DNA of 51,140 nt, from assembly GCA_029219205.1 (NCBI GenBank), contig JAQXSY010000078.1:1-51140 (forward strand), read 5' to 3'. Positions 10,801 to 19,090 of the stretch are shown piece by piece. Position 1 is the first letter of the stretch. Each line of letters opens with the position of its first letter. Source of the DNA: Bacillota bacterium. Lineage in GTDB: Bacteria; Bacillota; Clostridia; Oscillospirales; CAG-272. The notes below the pieces were generated by a model. It was given only the letters and a program-made list of their open reading frames with translations. It was not told where the DNA came from and ran no database searches. Position numbers and translations under genes: made by a program.

Positions 10801-11204
10801 GGACAATGGAAGAAAAGCAAAAGCTCTCTGCTGCTGCCTGATCCGCTGACAGTACAGCTGTTGCCGTTGATGGAACCGCTGAGGTTTGACGCGAATTTAT
10901 ATCCGCTTGACGGAGTGACGGTCAAAGTGCACATGTAATCATGCCCGCCCACATACTTTGTAGTGGACGTCACTTCCTGTTTAGCAGTCAAATCATACCA
11001 TCCGTCAAATGTTCCCACTGCTCCGACGCTGATTTGCGAATAACGGAACACCGGTGCATAGCCGGGAAGAGGCTCTGTCACGCCGGTTACGGCGACGTTT
11101 GAGATTACGACATCCGCCGCGCTTGCGGTAATACAAAGCGCCGCTATGAATCCGCACATAAGAAATATCGCAAGGAATACTTTCTTCAAAAATTTATTTT
11201 TCAT
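7839..11204 (-). CDS. Large cell-surface protein with repeated beta-sandwich/Ig-like domains and a C-terminal TM anchor
   Basis: Signal peptide (ASA); six repeats with P..G..P / GY.F / A.ING; two Ig-like QWY..YY domains; His/Cys cluster; PITDA linker; TM followed by KSKKKS. Confidence 0.85.
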   Translation of the reverse strand: MKNKFLKKVFLAIFLMCGFIAALCITASAADVVISNVAVTGVTEPLPGYAPVFRYSQISVGAVGTFDGWYDLTAKQEVTSTTKYVGGHDYMCTLTVTPSSGYKFASNLSGSINGNSCTVSGSGSSRELLLFFHCPSTVIKNVAVTIQTPTVGQKPDYSPKTTTTGVSIYNSGGYCTVWKTDGTGSEYTSSSSYVLQPNRTYTIKTYIVTTSWDYKFASASQLKATINGYTASVSDEGNGLYCISCSFKPEKALIPSVYVKDVTFPAENTKIGTSFSVSTANAYIGSASDAVKWTMNGGYSIGSSTYFSAGNEYRLTLKIMPNDGYAFDFDKLDARLYKSGSGTTYVVPEIKKGVQTQLGVNYDGLTLSYTFPKLDVKITDINLSGITIPAEGAHPDMSTPKIAQNGAVIYGTRWRLSDGSNSKDLNANSVFEAGKNYSYIVYLEPKDGFAFEAASKMTATLNGNSAEISSVSGGENKRAVTYTFYVEPTPVNKVALTVTEPSLGAKPAATASTAGGNYYIASVNWDPSESAFAANKSYSVIITLETTNGSVFAKSMSSATINNKTAKILSGAGTEQLKISYTFPMVKAAEITSVNITGIDAPVTGAVPDLKCNVDSVGVTVESVSWFEPHYIFEAGKAYTVSVYLMANSGYAFADKVNATINGSSADYHTDSYGNHIVSYTFPATEIPKANIPTIIDQPKGGTYKLGDTPKMMFVTVKLNDSDSTQFQWYMTSVNDISTIKAIYDEDDEAYGTQSFFIPEQLEGTTYYCVMITNNVVIDGRIVASESVYSDLVAVTFTKEIGIPSVITSPESVTAKLGEYVKLSTFIKPIGEGELHIQWYKSSEYNMSGAAPISGANGVDLIPDQILGTAYYRAAAYMEYKGMHSETVYTKTAAVTFENDEVTVEGIEILNTPAKLEYIKGETLNTDQMIVRVVMSDGYKNITSGFTCSPTVMNTVGTQKITVTYEGKTAVFNVTVKNSHTHNAGSEWKADGINHWNLCTCGQNMNEAAHTFGEWNVVKEATDTEDETRERVCSVCGYKEIETRKPETDEPITDAPITDAPITDEPTPDDSETVPQTTGENVNPGEGENETGFPWWIIIVIAGAAAAAVVIIIVVKSKKKS
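8010..8064. repeat. 15-bp coding tandem repeat (EPITDAPITDAPITDEP)
   Basis: (G/A)TC(G/A)GTTATCGG-based units repeated 3 times, in frame. Confidence 0.8.
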
Positions 11205-11285
11205 AATAGAAACCTCTTTTGCAGTTTTTTACAGAATTATATCCTGAGTCAAAATGCCTTTGATTCACATGAACAAAAGCAATTC

Positions 11286-12542
11286 TCATCCGCAGGTATA
11301 GCGAATTGTGCTGATCATCAGCGAGCCGTCTTCTCCGCTTATTTCCAGGGCAAAGACTTTTTCCAAACCGTCGGCGTCCGTATAAGAAATCCCGCAGTTC
11401 GGAACATCACCGTAAAAGGTCAGTCCGGCGACGAGCGGATGCTCCGGAGTAAGCGTGCCGTACGAATACATATCTACCGCGTAGAAAACCAGCGTGCCGT
11501 CATCATAAAAGTACTCGGGAAAAAGCGACACCAGCTTGAAATCCCCGACGGTTTTGTTCGTTGAAAGAACAATCTTCTCAGATGTTTCGGAAGAGTCTGC
11601 GATAAACACATCGTATTCGGACAAACCGTCAAGCACATCATCCGCCCAATGTGCGCTGATTTGCGCCGCGGGAATGTAATCATAGAACAAATTGAGCGTG
11701 ATTTTCTGCTTTTTGCTTCTTAAATCATCGGCAAGATTTCCAAACTGTTCGTCTGTTATATCCAGTTTTTCAGAAACCGACTCGTCCATTACGCCTAATG
11801 TGTTATGATAATATGAATACTTTATCGTATCGGTTTCGCCCGACTTATCCGGTTCATAGACACAAAAATAATAATCCTTGCATTCAAGAGTCGATCCGTC
11901 ATGAGAAATTTCATACAGACCGAATATACTGTACGAAATTCCGCCGGAACCCTCATAAAAGAATTTTCCGTTCTCGATATAACAATAGCACGATCTGGCA
12001 TACCCCTCCAGAATCTGCTGCGGAACATTTCCGACGCAGGTAAAAGCAGCAAGTATCTCGCTTCCGCTGTAAACGGCTTCATCCGATTCAACCGGACTGT
12101 CATTACGCACAATCAGCAATTCCGGAATCTCGTCTCCGCTTATGTCGCTTACAACATAGCCGACGCTTTTAAGCGCTTCGATGCTGTTCATGCCGGAAAC
12201 GGCTGAAACTACACAGTCAAAGCATGCATATCCGCCGAAATCACCGTAAAAATTTTCATTTTCTATGCTTTCAATGTTTAAAAGAATCTCATGGATATTG
12301 TTCAGAATCTCACTGTATACGCGGTAATAATAATAATCTGTAAACGGATAATCTATTACCGGATTATCCGTTTCCGCCTCGGTTGTATCTTCCGGACCGG
12401 AATCCGTTGTTATATCCGAAACATTTTCTTCAGCAGTCGTACCGTCCGTGTCAGCACCCGGCAAATCCACCGAAGCGCAGCCGGAAGATGTCAGTATAAT
12501 AATCGCCGACAATAAAACCCAAACAAGCAGCCTAATTTTCAT
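11286..12542 (-). CDS. Hypothetical lipoprotein
   Basis: Signal peptide ending SSGC, acidic Thr-rich linker, AGGTGG RBS. Confidence 0.8.
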   Translation of the reverse strand: MKIRLLVWVLLSAIIILTSSGCASVDLPGADTDGTTAEENVSDITTDSGPEDTTEAETDNPVIDYPFTDYYYYRVYSEILNNIHEILLNIESIENENFYGDFGGYACFDCVVSAVSGMNSIEALKSVGYVVSDISGDEIPELLIVRNDSPVESDEAVYSGSEILAAFTCVGNVPQQILEGYARSCYCYIENGKFFYEGSGGISYSIFGLYEISHDGSTLECKDYYFCVYEPDKSGETDTIKYSYYHNTLGVMDESVSEKLDITDEQFGNLADDLRSKKQKITLNLFYDYIPAAQISAHWADDVLDGLSEYDVFIADSSETSEKIVLSTNKTVGDFKLVSLFPEYFYDDGTLVFYAVDMYSYGTLTPEHPLVAGLTFYGDVPNCGISYTDADGLEKVFALEISGEDGSLMISTIRYTCG

Positions 12543-12627
12543 TGCACCACCTAAAAAAACCGTTTTTTCCTGCTTTTCAACATATTCGGCAGGATTCGGT
12601 TACAGTATACCTATTTTTTTGCAAAAT

Positions 12628-12686
12628 GCCCCATTCACATGAATAGGTTAAAAATATTATTTAAATACTGTTCATATGAATAGGGC
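12628..12686. promoter_or_regulatory. Paired palindromic operator candidates TTCAYATGAA
   Basis: TTCACATGAA at 12634 and TTCATATGAA at 12671; a third copy at 11264. Confidence 0.55.
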
Positions 12687-12990
12687 TTTTTTTCCTAAGA
12701 TGTGATATATTCATGTCAGTGATAAAAAAGCGGATCTGCGGGCTGCCGCGCAATGTTTTATCCTGTTTGTATTTATTTAATAAAAGGTAAAAAAACCGGG
12801 ACGCCGGCGCTTGACGCCGACTGAGAACGTCCGACGATCGGAAAATCTATCTGTTCGGAATACGGCTCAAAAAAAGCAAAACGGCGATTTCAATAAAAAA
12901 GCAGTTTTTAATCTAAAGATGTCAAAAAAATTGAGCAAGCCAATAAACACAGAGCATTATAATATCAAACATATTTCGGAGGAATTAAAA

Positions 12991-13722
12991 ATGGCTGACA
13001 AATGTGCAATATGCGGTGCGGAAATAAACGTGTTTCAGACACAGAAACTGGCCGACGGAACCTGTATCTGCCGTAAAAATTGTCGGGCAAAGGGATTTAA
13101 GGATTTTGATTTTGTTCACGGAAGCTTGCCCCAGGTGCGCGCTCACCTCGAACAGGTCGAACGCGGAACCGCGCTTTGGAATCACTTTTTTGTCCCGCGC
13201 AGGAAAAAGCTTGAAAGGTTTGCCGGCGTATACGTTGCGCCCGATCTCGGACTGATGGCATATGTCGAAACGCGTTTCAAATTCATAATTTTCGGAAAAA
13301 GCGAAATTGCCTGCGTTTACCGCATCGCCGATCTCTACGATTACATACGCGAGGATGTGGAAACCACTTCATCGGACGGCAAGAAGGAAATTAAATCATA
13401 CGTACACCTGAGCTTCCGCAATGTCGAAGGACTGTTTGATTTCAAAGTCAAGCCCGGTAACGGTATTTCCGCAGACAAAATGATAAAGTATTTCGACAAT
13501 CTGTTCGGTATACAGAAAACGCTCGGAAATTTCGCAAACAAAAAGAAAAACGAAATGGAAGCCACAATGGCATTCGCATCCGCAATCAAGACTGCGTCCG
13601 AGGGCGGCGACGCACGGGAACAGGCCGCCGTTGCAGCAGAGGCTTTAGATAAAATGAAGTACGGAGACCGTACGGAACTGATTTCCCGCGCAAACGCAGC
13701 TCTCGAATCTTTCCGGGGCTAA
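12991..13722 (+). CDS. N-terminal Zn-ribbon protein (DUF4428-like)
   Basis: GGAGG RBS; CAICG...KLADG.CIC..C. Confidence 0.7.
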   Translation: MADKCAICGAEINVFQTQKLADGTCICRKNCRAKGFKDFDFVHGSLPQVRAHLEQVERGTALWNHFFVPRRKKLERFAGVYVAPDLGLMAYVETRFKFIIFGKSEIACVYRIADLYDYIREDVETTSSDGKKEIKSYVHLSFRNVEGLFDFKVKPGNGISADKMIKYFDNLFGIQKTLGNFANKKKNEMEATMAFASAIKTASEGGDAREQAAVAAEALDKMKYGDRTELISRANAALESFRG

Positions 13723-13823
13723 AAGAAAATCAATATCCCCGTACAGCAGCGACGCCGTTTGCGGACGCGCGGCTATATGGGGATTTATGCTGACAACACA
13801 TCAAAAACAGGAGTAACAAATCC

Positions 13824-14354
13824 ATGCGAAAGGAATGTATCCTTATTATGGCGCTACTTACCGCGTTGTTTTCCCTTTTCGGCTTTTCCGGATGCAAAAA
13901 TTCCGGCAAATTTCCGTCCGACCCGTCCGCAGAACCGGTCGCTCTCGGCTTTTCGTGCAGCAGTATGTCGATGACGGATTCGTATTCGTTCTCGCTTAAG
14001 CGCGCCGACGGCAAAATCCTTTTCAATGCCAACTGGTACAGCTATGACTTAGAAAAACAAATTGATTTTGAGAACAACGAAGTATCCGAAGAAAAGATGG
14101 AGCGTATGCTTGAAATCATTAAAAAGCACAATCTTGTTGAGTTTGTCGGAAAATACCGTTTAAAAAATCAGAAATCCATTTTCACGGTCCTGGACGGAAC
14201 AAATCACTATCTGACTCTGAAAATGAGCGACGGCTCGGAAAAGCAAATCGACACTGCCGGAGCTGCGTGCACCGACCTTTATGCTTTTTTCACTGAACTT
14301 GCCCTGGAAACGGCGAACGCCCGCGAGTTAAATCATTTGGAAGGTGATAATTAA
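13824..14354 (+). CDS. Hypothetical lipoprotein
   Basis: AGGAG RBS; signal peptide ending FSGC. Confidence 0.8.
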   Translation: MRKECILIMALLTALFSLFGFSGCKNSGKFPSDPSAEPVALGFSCSSMSMTDSYSFSLKRADGKILFNANWYSYDLEKQIDFENNEVSEEKMERMLEIIKKHNLVEFVGKYRLKNQKSIFTVLDGTNHYLTLKMSDGSEKQIDTAGAACTDLYAFFTELALETANARELNHLEGDN

Positions 14355-14357
14355 AAG

Positions 14358-15443
14358 ATGGATACATTACAGGAATACAAATGTCCGAACTGCGGAGGGA
14401 TACTCGAATTTGACAGCAGCCTGCAGAAAATGAAGTGTCCATACTGCGATTCGGAATTTGAAATGGAGATGCTTAAGGCGCTCGACGAAGGAATTGCCGC
14501 CGAAAGACCGGACGAAATGGTCTGGAATACGGACGCCGGAAGCCAGTGGGCGGACGGAGAGGCAGACGGCATGCGCGTTTATGTCTGCCGCTCCTGCGGC
14601 GGAGAAATTGCGGCGGATGAAACAACCGCGGCTTCAACCTGTCCGTATTGCGGAAATCACATAACGATGACAGGTAATTTGTCGGGTTCATTGCGTCCGG
14701 ATTATGTAATACCGTTTAAGCTTGATAAAAAAGCGGCGAAAAACGCGCTGATGAGGCATATCAGAGGTAAGCGTCTCCTTCCGAAGGTTTTCAGAACACA
14801 AAATCACATTGACGAAATAAAAGGCGTGTACGTCCCGTTCTGGATGTTCGACGCGGACGCCGAGGCGGATATCCGCTTCAGGGCGGAAAAAACCCGCACA
14901 TGGAGCGACAGTCAGTATAATTATCTTGAAACCGAGGAATACTCCGCTTACCGTTCCGGCACGTTTTCTTTTGCAAATATTCCCGCAGACGGTTCGTCAA
15001 AAATGCCCGACGAACTGATGGAATCTCTTGAACCGTTCTATATGGATCAGGCGGTCGATTTTCAGACCGCGTACCTGTCCGGATATTTAGCGGACAAATA
15101 TGACGTAACGGCGGAGGACTGCGTGCCGCGTATCAATGAGCGCGCAAAACGAAGTACGGAAACGGCGTTCGCCGCAACAGTCACAGGATATAACTCGGTC
15201 AGAGCCGAAGTCAGCTCAGTCCGGCTGACAAACGGAAAAGCAAAATATGTTCTTATTCCGGTGTGGCTGCTGTATACAAAGTGGCAGGGCAAAAAATACA
15301 CTTTCGCCATGAACGGTCAGACCGGAAAATTCGTGGGTGATCTGCCGCTTGATAAAAAATTATACTGGCGCTGGCTCATAGGACTTTCCGCCGGAATCAC
15401 ATTGGGATTATACGGAATTATGCAGCTTCTGTTTTCGCTGTAA
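14358..15443 (+). CDS. Double Zn-ribbon membrane-anchored protein
   Basis: Four CxxC (CPNC, CPYC, CRSC, CPYC), YVPFW and MNGQTGK motifs, C-terminal TM. Confidence 0.85.
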   Translation: MDTLQEYKCPNCGGILEFDSSLQKMKCPYCDSEFEMEMLKALDEGIAAERPDEMVWNTDAGSQWADGEADGMRVYVCRSCGGEIAADETTAASTCPYCGNHITMTGNLSGSLRPDYVIPFKLDKKAAKNALMRHIRGKRLLPKVFRTQNHIDEIKGVYVPFWMFDADAEADIRFRAEKTRTWSDSQYNYLETEEYSAYRSGTFSFANIPADGSSKMPDELMESLEPFYMDQAVDFQTAYLSGYLADKYDVTAEDCVPRINERAKRSTETAFAATVTGYNSVRAEVSSVRLTNGKAKYVLIPVWLLYTKWQGKKYTFAMNGQTGKFVGDLPLDKKLYWRWLIGLSAGITLGLYGIMQLLFSL

Positions 15444-15462
15444 GGGAGAAAAAGGACGAAAT

Positions 15463-16284
15463 ATGAGAAACAAGATTATAGCAATAATTATTTCCGTACT
15501 TCTGCTCAGCTCCCTTTCGGCATTGATCATATCCGCAGAAAGCGAAGGTCGTTTACTCGAACGAGTTGAGGATACCGCAGGGTTATTAACCGACGATGAA
15601 TATTATGGGCTTCTCGAAAAGCTTGACGAAATAAGCGAACGGCAGATGTGCGACGTCGTAATAATAACTGTTGAAGAGCTGGATGAAGGATACACGCCGA
15701 CCGAATTTGCAGACGACGTATTCGACTACTACGGATTTGGCATCGGAGAAAACCGAGACGGCATTCTGCTGCTTATAAGCATGGAGGAGCGGGACTGGGC
15801 AATTTCAACCCGCGGCTACGGAATTACGGCATTCACAGACGCCGGACAGGAATACATAATCGATATGATTATAGACGACCTCGGCAACAATAATTACGCT
15901 TCGGCATTCAACACCTTTGCGGAGCAGTGCGACGAATTTCTGACGCAGGCAAAAACCGGAGAACCGTTTGACATAAATAATCTCCCGGGAAGCGCAAGAG
16001 ACCACTTGACTGAATTTTTCCTGTGCGCCGTTTTAGGAATCTCCATGGGAATTGCAATAGCAAACAGCATGAAGTCAAAGCTGAAAACCGTCAAAGCGGC
16101 AGTCTCGGCAGGAAACTATACGGTCAAGGACAGTTTAAATCTGGTTTCATCAAGCGACACCTTCATCACCCGCAGAGTTACCAGATCGGTCAGACAATCA
16201 AGCAGTTCCGACGACAGCGGAGGCTCATCAACCCACACCAGCTCGTCCGGCGCAACACACGGGGGCTCAAGCGGAAAATTCTGA
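15463..16284 (+). CDS. TPM domain protein (YgcG-like)
   Basis: Signal peptide; D.AGLL, DGILLLISMEERD motifs; TM; Gly/Ser tail ending HGGSSGKF. Confidence 0.88.
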   Translation: MRNKIIAIIISVLLLSSLSALIISAESEGRLLERVEDTAGLLTDDEYYGLLEKLDEISERQMCDVVIITVEELDEGYTPTEFADDVFDYYGFGIGENRDGILLLISMEERDWAISTRGYGITAFTDAGQEYIIDMIIDDLGNNNYASAFNTFAEQCDEFLTQAKTGEPFDINNLPGSARDHLTEFFLCAVLGISMGIAIANSMKSKLKTVKAAVSAGNYTVKDSLNLVSSSDTFITRRVTRSVRQSSSSDDSGGSSTHTSSSGATHGGSSGKF

Positions 16285-16368
16285 TGCAGCAAAAAGCCGG
16301 GCTGCATGAAAAAAACAAATATTCGGCATTAACGTGACATAAATTAAATTTGGAAAGCAGAGTGAAAA

Positions 16369-16752
16369 ATGAGGCGGGTCGTAATTGATATGCAAAGCTA
16401 TCTCTTCTCCGACGCCATTTCCATGGCTCTTATGAATTCGGACTACGACTTTGAAGTTCACAATTCATCATATCCGGGTGATACTGCGGAGTTATGCCGT
16501 CTGTTCACGCCTTATGCGCTTCTCATGGAAGTGACAAGCTATATGCCTTGGAAACTGGAAGAACGGCTTGCAATACGGAACAAAGTTAAACAGCAGGTTC
16601 CGGATTGCAAAATCGTTCTTATAGTTGATGAAAATTCGGAGAAAATGCTGGCGCGCGAGGTTGCTCAGGCAAAGAAAAACGGACTTATTGACAATTTTAT
16701 ATACGGTTCGGTTTCATCGGCTTATTTGTCTGCCGTTATTGACACATTATAA
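16369..16752 (+). CDS. Stand-alone atypical receiver-domain protein
   Basis: CheY-like length and pattern; LLMEV at the phospho-Asp position, PDCKIVLIV. Confidence 0.7.
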   Translation: MRRVVIDMQSYLFSDAISMALMNSDYDFEVHNSSYPGDTAELCRLFTPYALLMEVTSYMPWKLEERLAIRNKVKQQVPDCKIVLIVDENSEKMLAREVAQAKKNGLIDNFIYGSVSSAYLSAVIDTL

Positions 16753-16806
16753 GCGGATAAGCTTGCATATCACAGTAAAATTGCCGTTCACGGCGGCGTC
16801 GAAAAT

Positions 16807-16864
16807 TAATGAAAACACCATTGTAATTTTACACCGTAAGGTGCGGATAACAATGGTGTTTTCA
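16807..16864. repeat. Palindromic element, copy 2; probably also a bidirectional terminator
   Basis: TGAAAACACCATTGT...ACAATGGTGTTTTCA 15-bp arms, inner CACC-GTAA-GGTG. Confidence 0.8.
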
Positions 16865-16967
16865 ATTTTTACGAGTTTTTTCAAGGAATTCCGTCCCGGC
16901 TTTTTTCGGGAATTCGGCGTTTCATTCCGTTTTATTCCAAAATCAATCCGATTTTTGGATATGTAAT

Positions 16968-17402
16968 TTACTTATACATATCGGCAATGGCTTTTGTTGC
17001 CTGAACGGTTCCGCGCGGATGATGCGGAGGGGCATATACGGTTGAAATTAAGAGCGGACAGTTTCCGGTATTTATAATATTATGCCATGTTCCCGCGGGA
17101 ACAAAAACAGCATATCCTTCGGCAACGGGCCGCTGATAATTCAGCCTGTTTTCGGACGGACCCATAATAACCGTTCCGTTTCCGCTTTCAATCCTGAGAA
17201 ATTGATCATGATCCGGATGAAGCTCCAGCCCGACTTCTCCGCCGACAGGTATGTTCATCAACGTAAGCTGTAAATTCGGTCCGGTCCATAACGCGGTTCG
17301 ATATTTTGTATTTTGCTGAGCGGCTCTGTCAATATTCGTAACATACGGCGCAGGACCAAAATCGGTCATAGGTTTATGAAAGCAATTACTGTTTCGATTC
17401 AT
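16968..17402 (-). CDS. Cupin domain protein
   Basis: E.HP.HDQFL.IE.G and VPAGTWHNI.N cupin motifs; ATG at 17402 after GGGAG. Confidence 0.9.
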   Translation of the reverse strand: MNRNSNCFHKPMTDFGPAPYVTNIDRAAQQNTKYRTALWTGPNLQLTLMNIPVGGEVGLELHPDHDQFLRIESGNGTVIMGPSENRLNYQRPVAEGYAVFVPAGTWHNIINTGNCPLLISTVYAPPHHPRGTVQATKAIADMYK

Positions 17403-17527
17403 ATTACTTCTCCCTTCACGAGTAATTATATGAAAATTGCCTTTAGGCTGTGCAAACAAAACTGCGCAGGTTGCAAAAGAAACGGCAAAATCAGCCGCCC
17501 GGCGTTGAAAAAGTCAACCGGTTGAAA

Positions 17528-17575
17528 AAACGGACATAAATTATAATACACTTGTATCATAATTTATGTCCGTTT
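17528..17575. repeat. Long near-perfect palindrome
   Basis: AAACGGACATAAATTATAATACA-CT-TGTATCATAATTTATGTCCGTTT (23-bp arms, 1 mismatch). Confidence 0.8.
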
Positions 17576-17661
17576 ATGTCAAGAGAAACACAAAGATGCT
17601 GCTTAAGGACAGAACTCTGCTATCTGCCAAAAGAATAAGAAGAAATTATTGACTGTCAAAT

Positions 17662-17970
17662 TTATTGACTATCAACTATATTTTTCATGAGATTGAATAT
17701 GGAAATTTTAATGTCGCCGGGCAATTCGTTATAAATTCTTTCAAATTGTTCATAATCGACGCCGTCGCTGTTTTTTTCTTCTTTAAAAAATTCAGACAGA
17801 GTAATCCCAAATGCGTTACATATGGACTGTAATGTAACAATAGAAGGCAATGTCTCACGGTTAAACATATTTGTAATTGTTGACTGCGGCAAACCAGCTT
17901 CAACAGAAAGGCGATAGACCGACCAATTTCTATTTATTCGAAGTTGATTTATCTTTTTTAAAATATCCAT
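17662..17970 (-). CDS. XRE-family HTH transcriptional regulator
   Basis: WSVYRLSVEAGLPQSTITNMFNRETLPSIVTLQSICNAFGITLSEFF. Confidence 0.9.
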   Translation of the reverse strand: MDILKKINQLRINRNWSVYRLSVEAGLPQSTITNMFNRETLPSIVTLQSICNAFGITLSEFFKEEKNSDGVDYEQFERIYNELPGDIKISIFNLMKNIVDSQ

Positions 17971-18037
17971 AGGTCTAACACCTTCCTTATGTATTTATTA
18001 TACTGCACATTTGTAAAATATTATTTACCCAAATGTA

Positions 18038-18066
18038 TTGACTTTGATATACATTTGTAGTATAAT
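18038..18066 (+). promoter_or_regulatory. Sigma-A promoter overlapped by an inverted repeat (candidate XRE operator)
   Basis: TTGACT-17 bp-TATAAT; CAAATGTAT (18030) / ATACATTTG (18049). Confidence 0.7.
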
Positions 18067-18121
18067 AATTGTTGAGATGTAATGCGATTTTTCACATTAT
18101 GAATAAGGAGGAGCGATTATA

Positions 18122-18526
18122 ATGGAAAACAGCCAGGAAACAGTAAATGTTCAAACCGGAGAGACAAAATTCTGCAAAGAATGCGGCGAGAAAATCGCGG
18201 CAAAAGCCGAGATTTGTCCAAAATGCGGATGCAGAGTTGAAGCACCCGCCGCCGCAGCTGCTGCGCCGCAAATTGTTATCAATAACAGCAACCAAAATTC
18301 CAATCAGAATATAAATCAAATATCCGCGATGATGAAAGTAAAACAAAGGAATAAATTGGTTGCATTTTTCTTATGTCTGTTTTTAGGCTTTTTGGGCGCA
18401 CACAAATTCTATGAAGGCAAGACCGGTATGGGTGTTTTATATCTTTTTACAGGCGGTCTGTTCGGCATCGGTGTTATTATCGATTTAATCACGATTCTAT
18501 TTAAACCTAATCCTTATTTTGTATAA
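18122..18526 (+). CDS. Zn-ribbon + TM2 domain membrane protein
   Basis: FCKECG...CPKCG; [32 protein letters not shown]. Confidence 0.9.
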   Translation: MENSQETVNVQTGETKFCKECGEKIAAKAEICPKCGCRVEAPAAAAAAPQIVINNSNQNSNQNINQISAMMKVKQRNKLVAFFLCLFLGFLGAHKFYEGKTGMGVLYLFTGGLFGIGVIIDLITILFKPNPYFV

Positions 18527-18910
18527 AAAAAAGCAGCCGATTGAACGGTTAGCTTAAAAATAATGAGTTTTCTTCTTTATAATAGTTAAGTTTAGACAGT
18601 CTCACTTTTTATTTGTGAGACTGCCGTTTTTTAACGGTTGCAGAGAAATACTTTAACTAAATGGGAAAAACAAAAAAGCCCCGACCGAAATGTCGGAACT
18701 CTGTTATTTTGTCCTACATGCGCGATTAAAAACCCATTTTGTTTTCTGCGTCGGCGTATTTTTTTCCGTTAAAAAAAAGACCTCAAAACCTGCGCGAAGC
18801 ACAGAAATTTTTTTGAACGTCCCATCTGCCGCAAAAGATTAAACCACAAAATTCTGATGTGGGGTTGAACCGACAAGGCTTTTTAACTGCTTTGAGCAGC
18901 GAATTTGCCT

Positions 18911-19062
18911 GAATTATTCATTATTCAGTTATTATTATATTGCCAATAAATAAAAATGGCAAGGCGAAGCCTTGCAAAACACTTTTTCACTATTCACTAT
19001 TACTTATTACTTCCAAAACCCAAAAGGCGAATTTAGTAAAGAGTGAAGAAGGTAACAAGTAA
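18911..19062. repeat. Heptamer-repeat / hairpin element
   Basis: TTATTCA x2, GCAAGGC-GAA-GCCTTGC hairpin, TTCACTA x2 TTACTTA TTACTTC, and a partly complementary GTGAA/AAGTAA arm. Confidence 0.5.
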
Positions 19063-19090
19063 GCCCCAAAGACTGATGCCTTTGGGGCTT
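19061..19090 (-). terminator. tRNA terminator hairpin
   Basis: AAGCCCCAAAG-8 nt-CTTTGGGGCTT immediately after the CCA end. Confidence 0.7.

Noticed and set aside
12811-12990. N-terminal extension of the Zn-ribbon ORF
   Set aside because: A strong GGAGG RBS supports the start at 12991
18560-18900. Possible IS end or riboswitch among several small hairpins
   Set aside because: No transposase, paired terminal repeats or recognisable aptamer consensus
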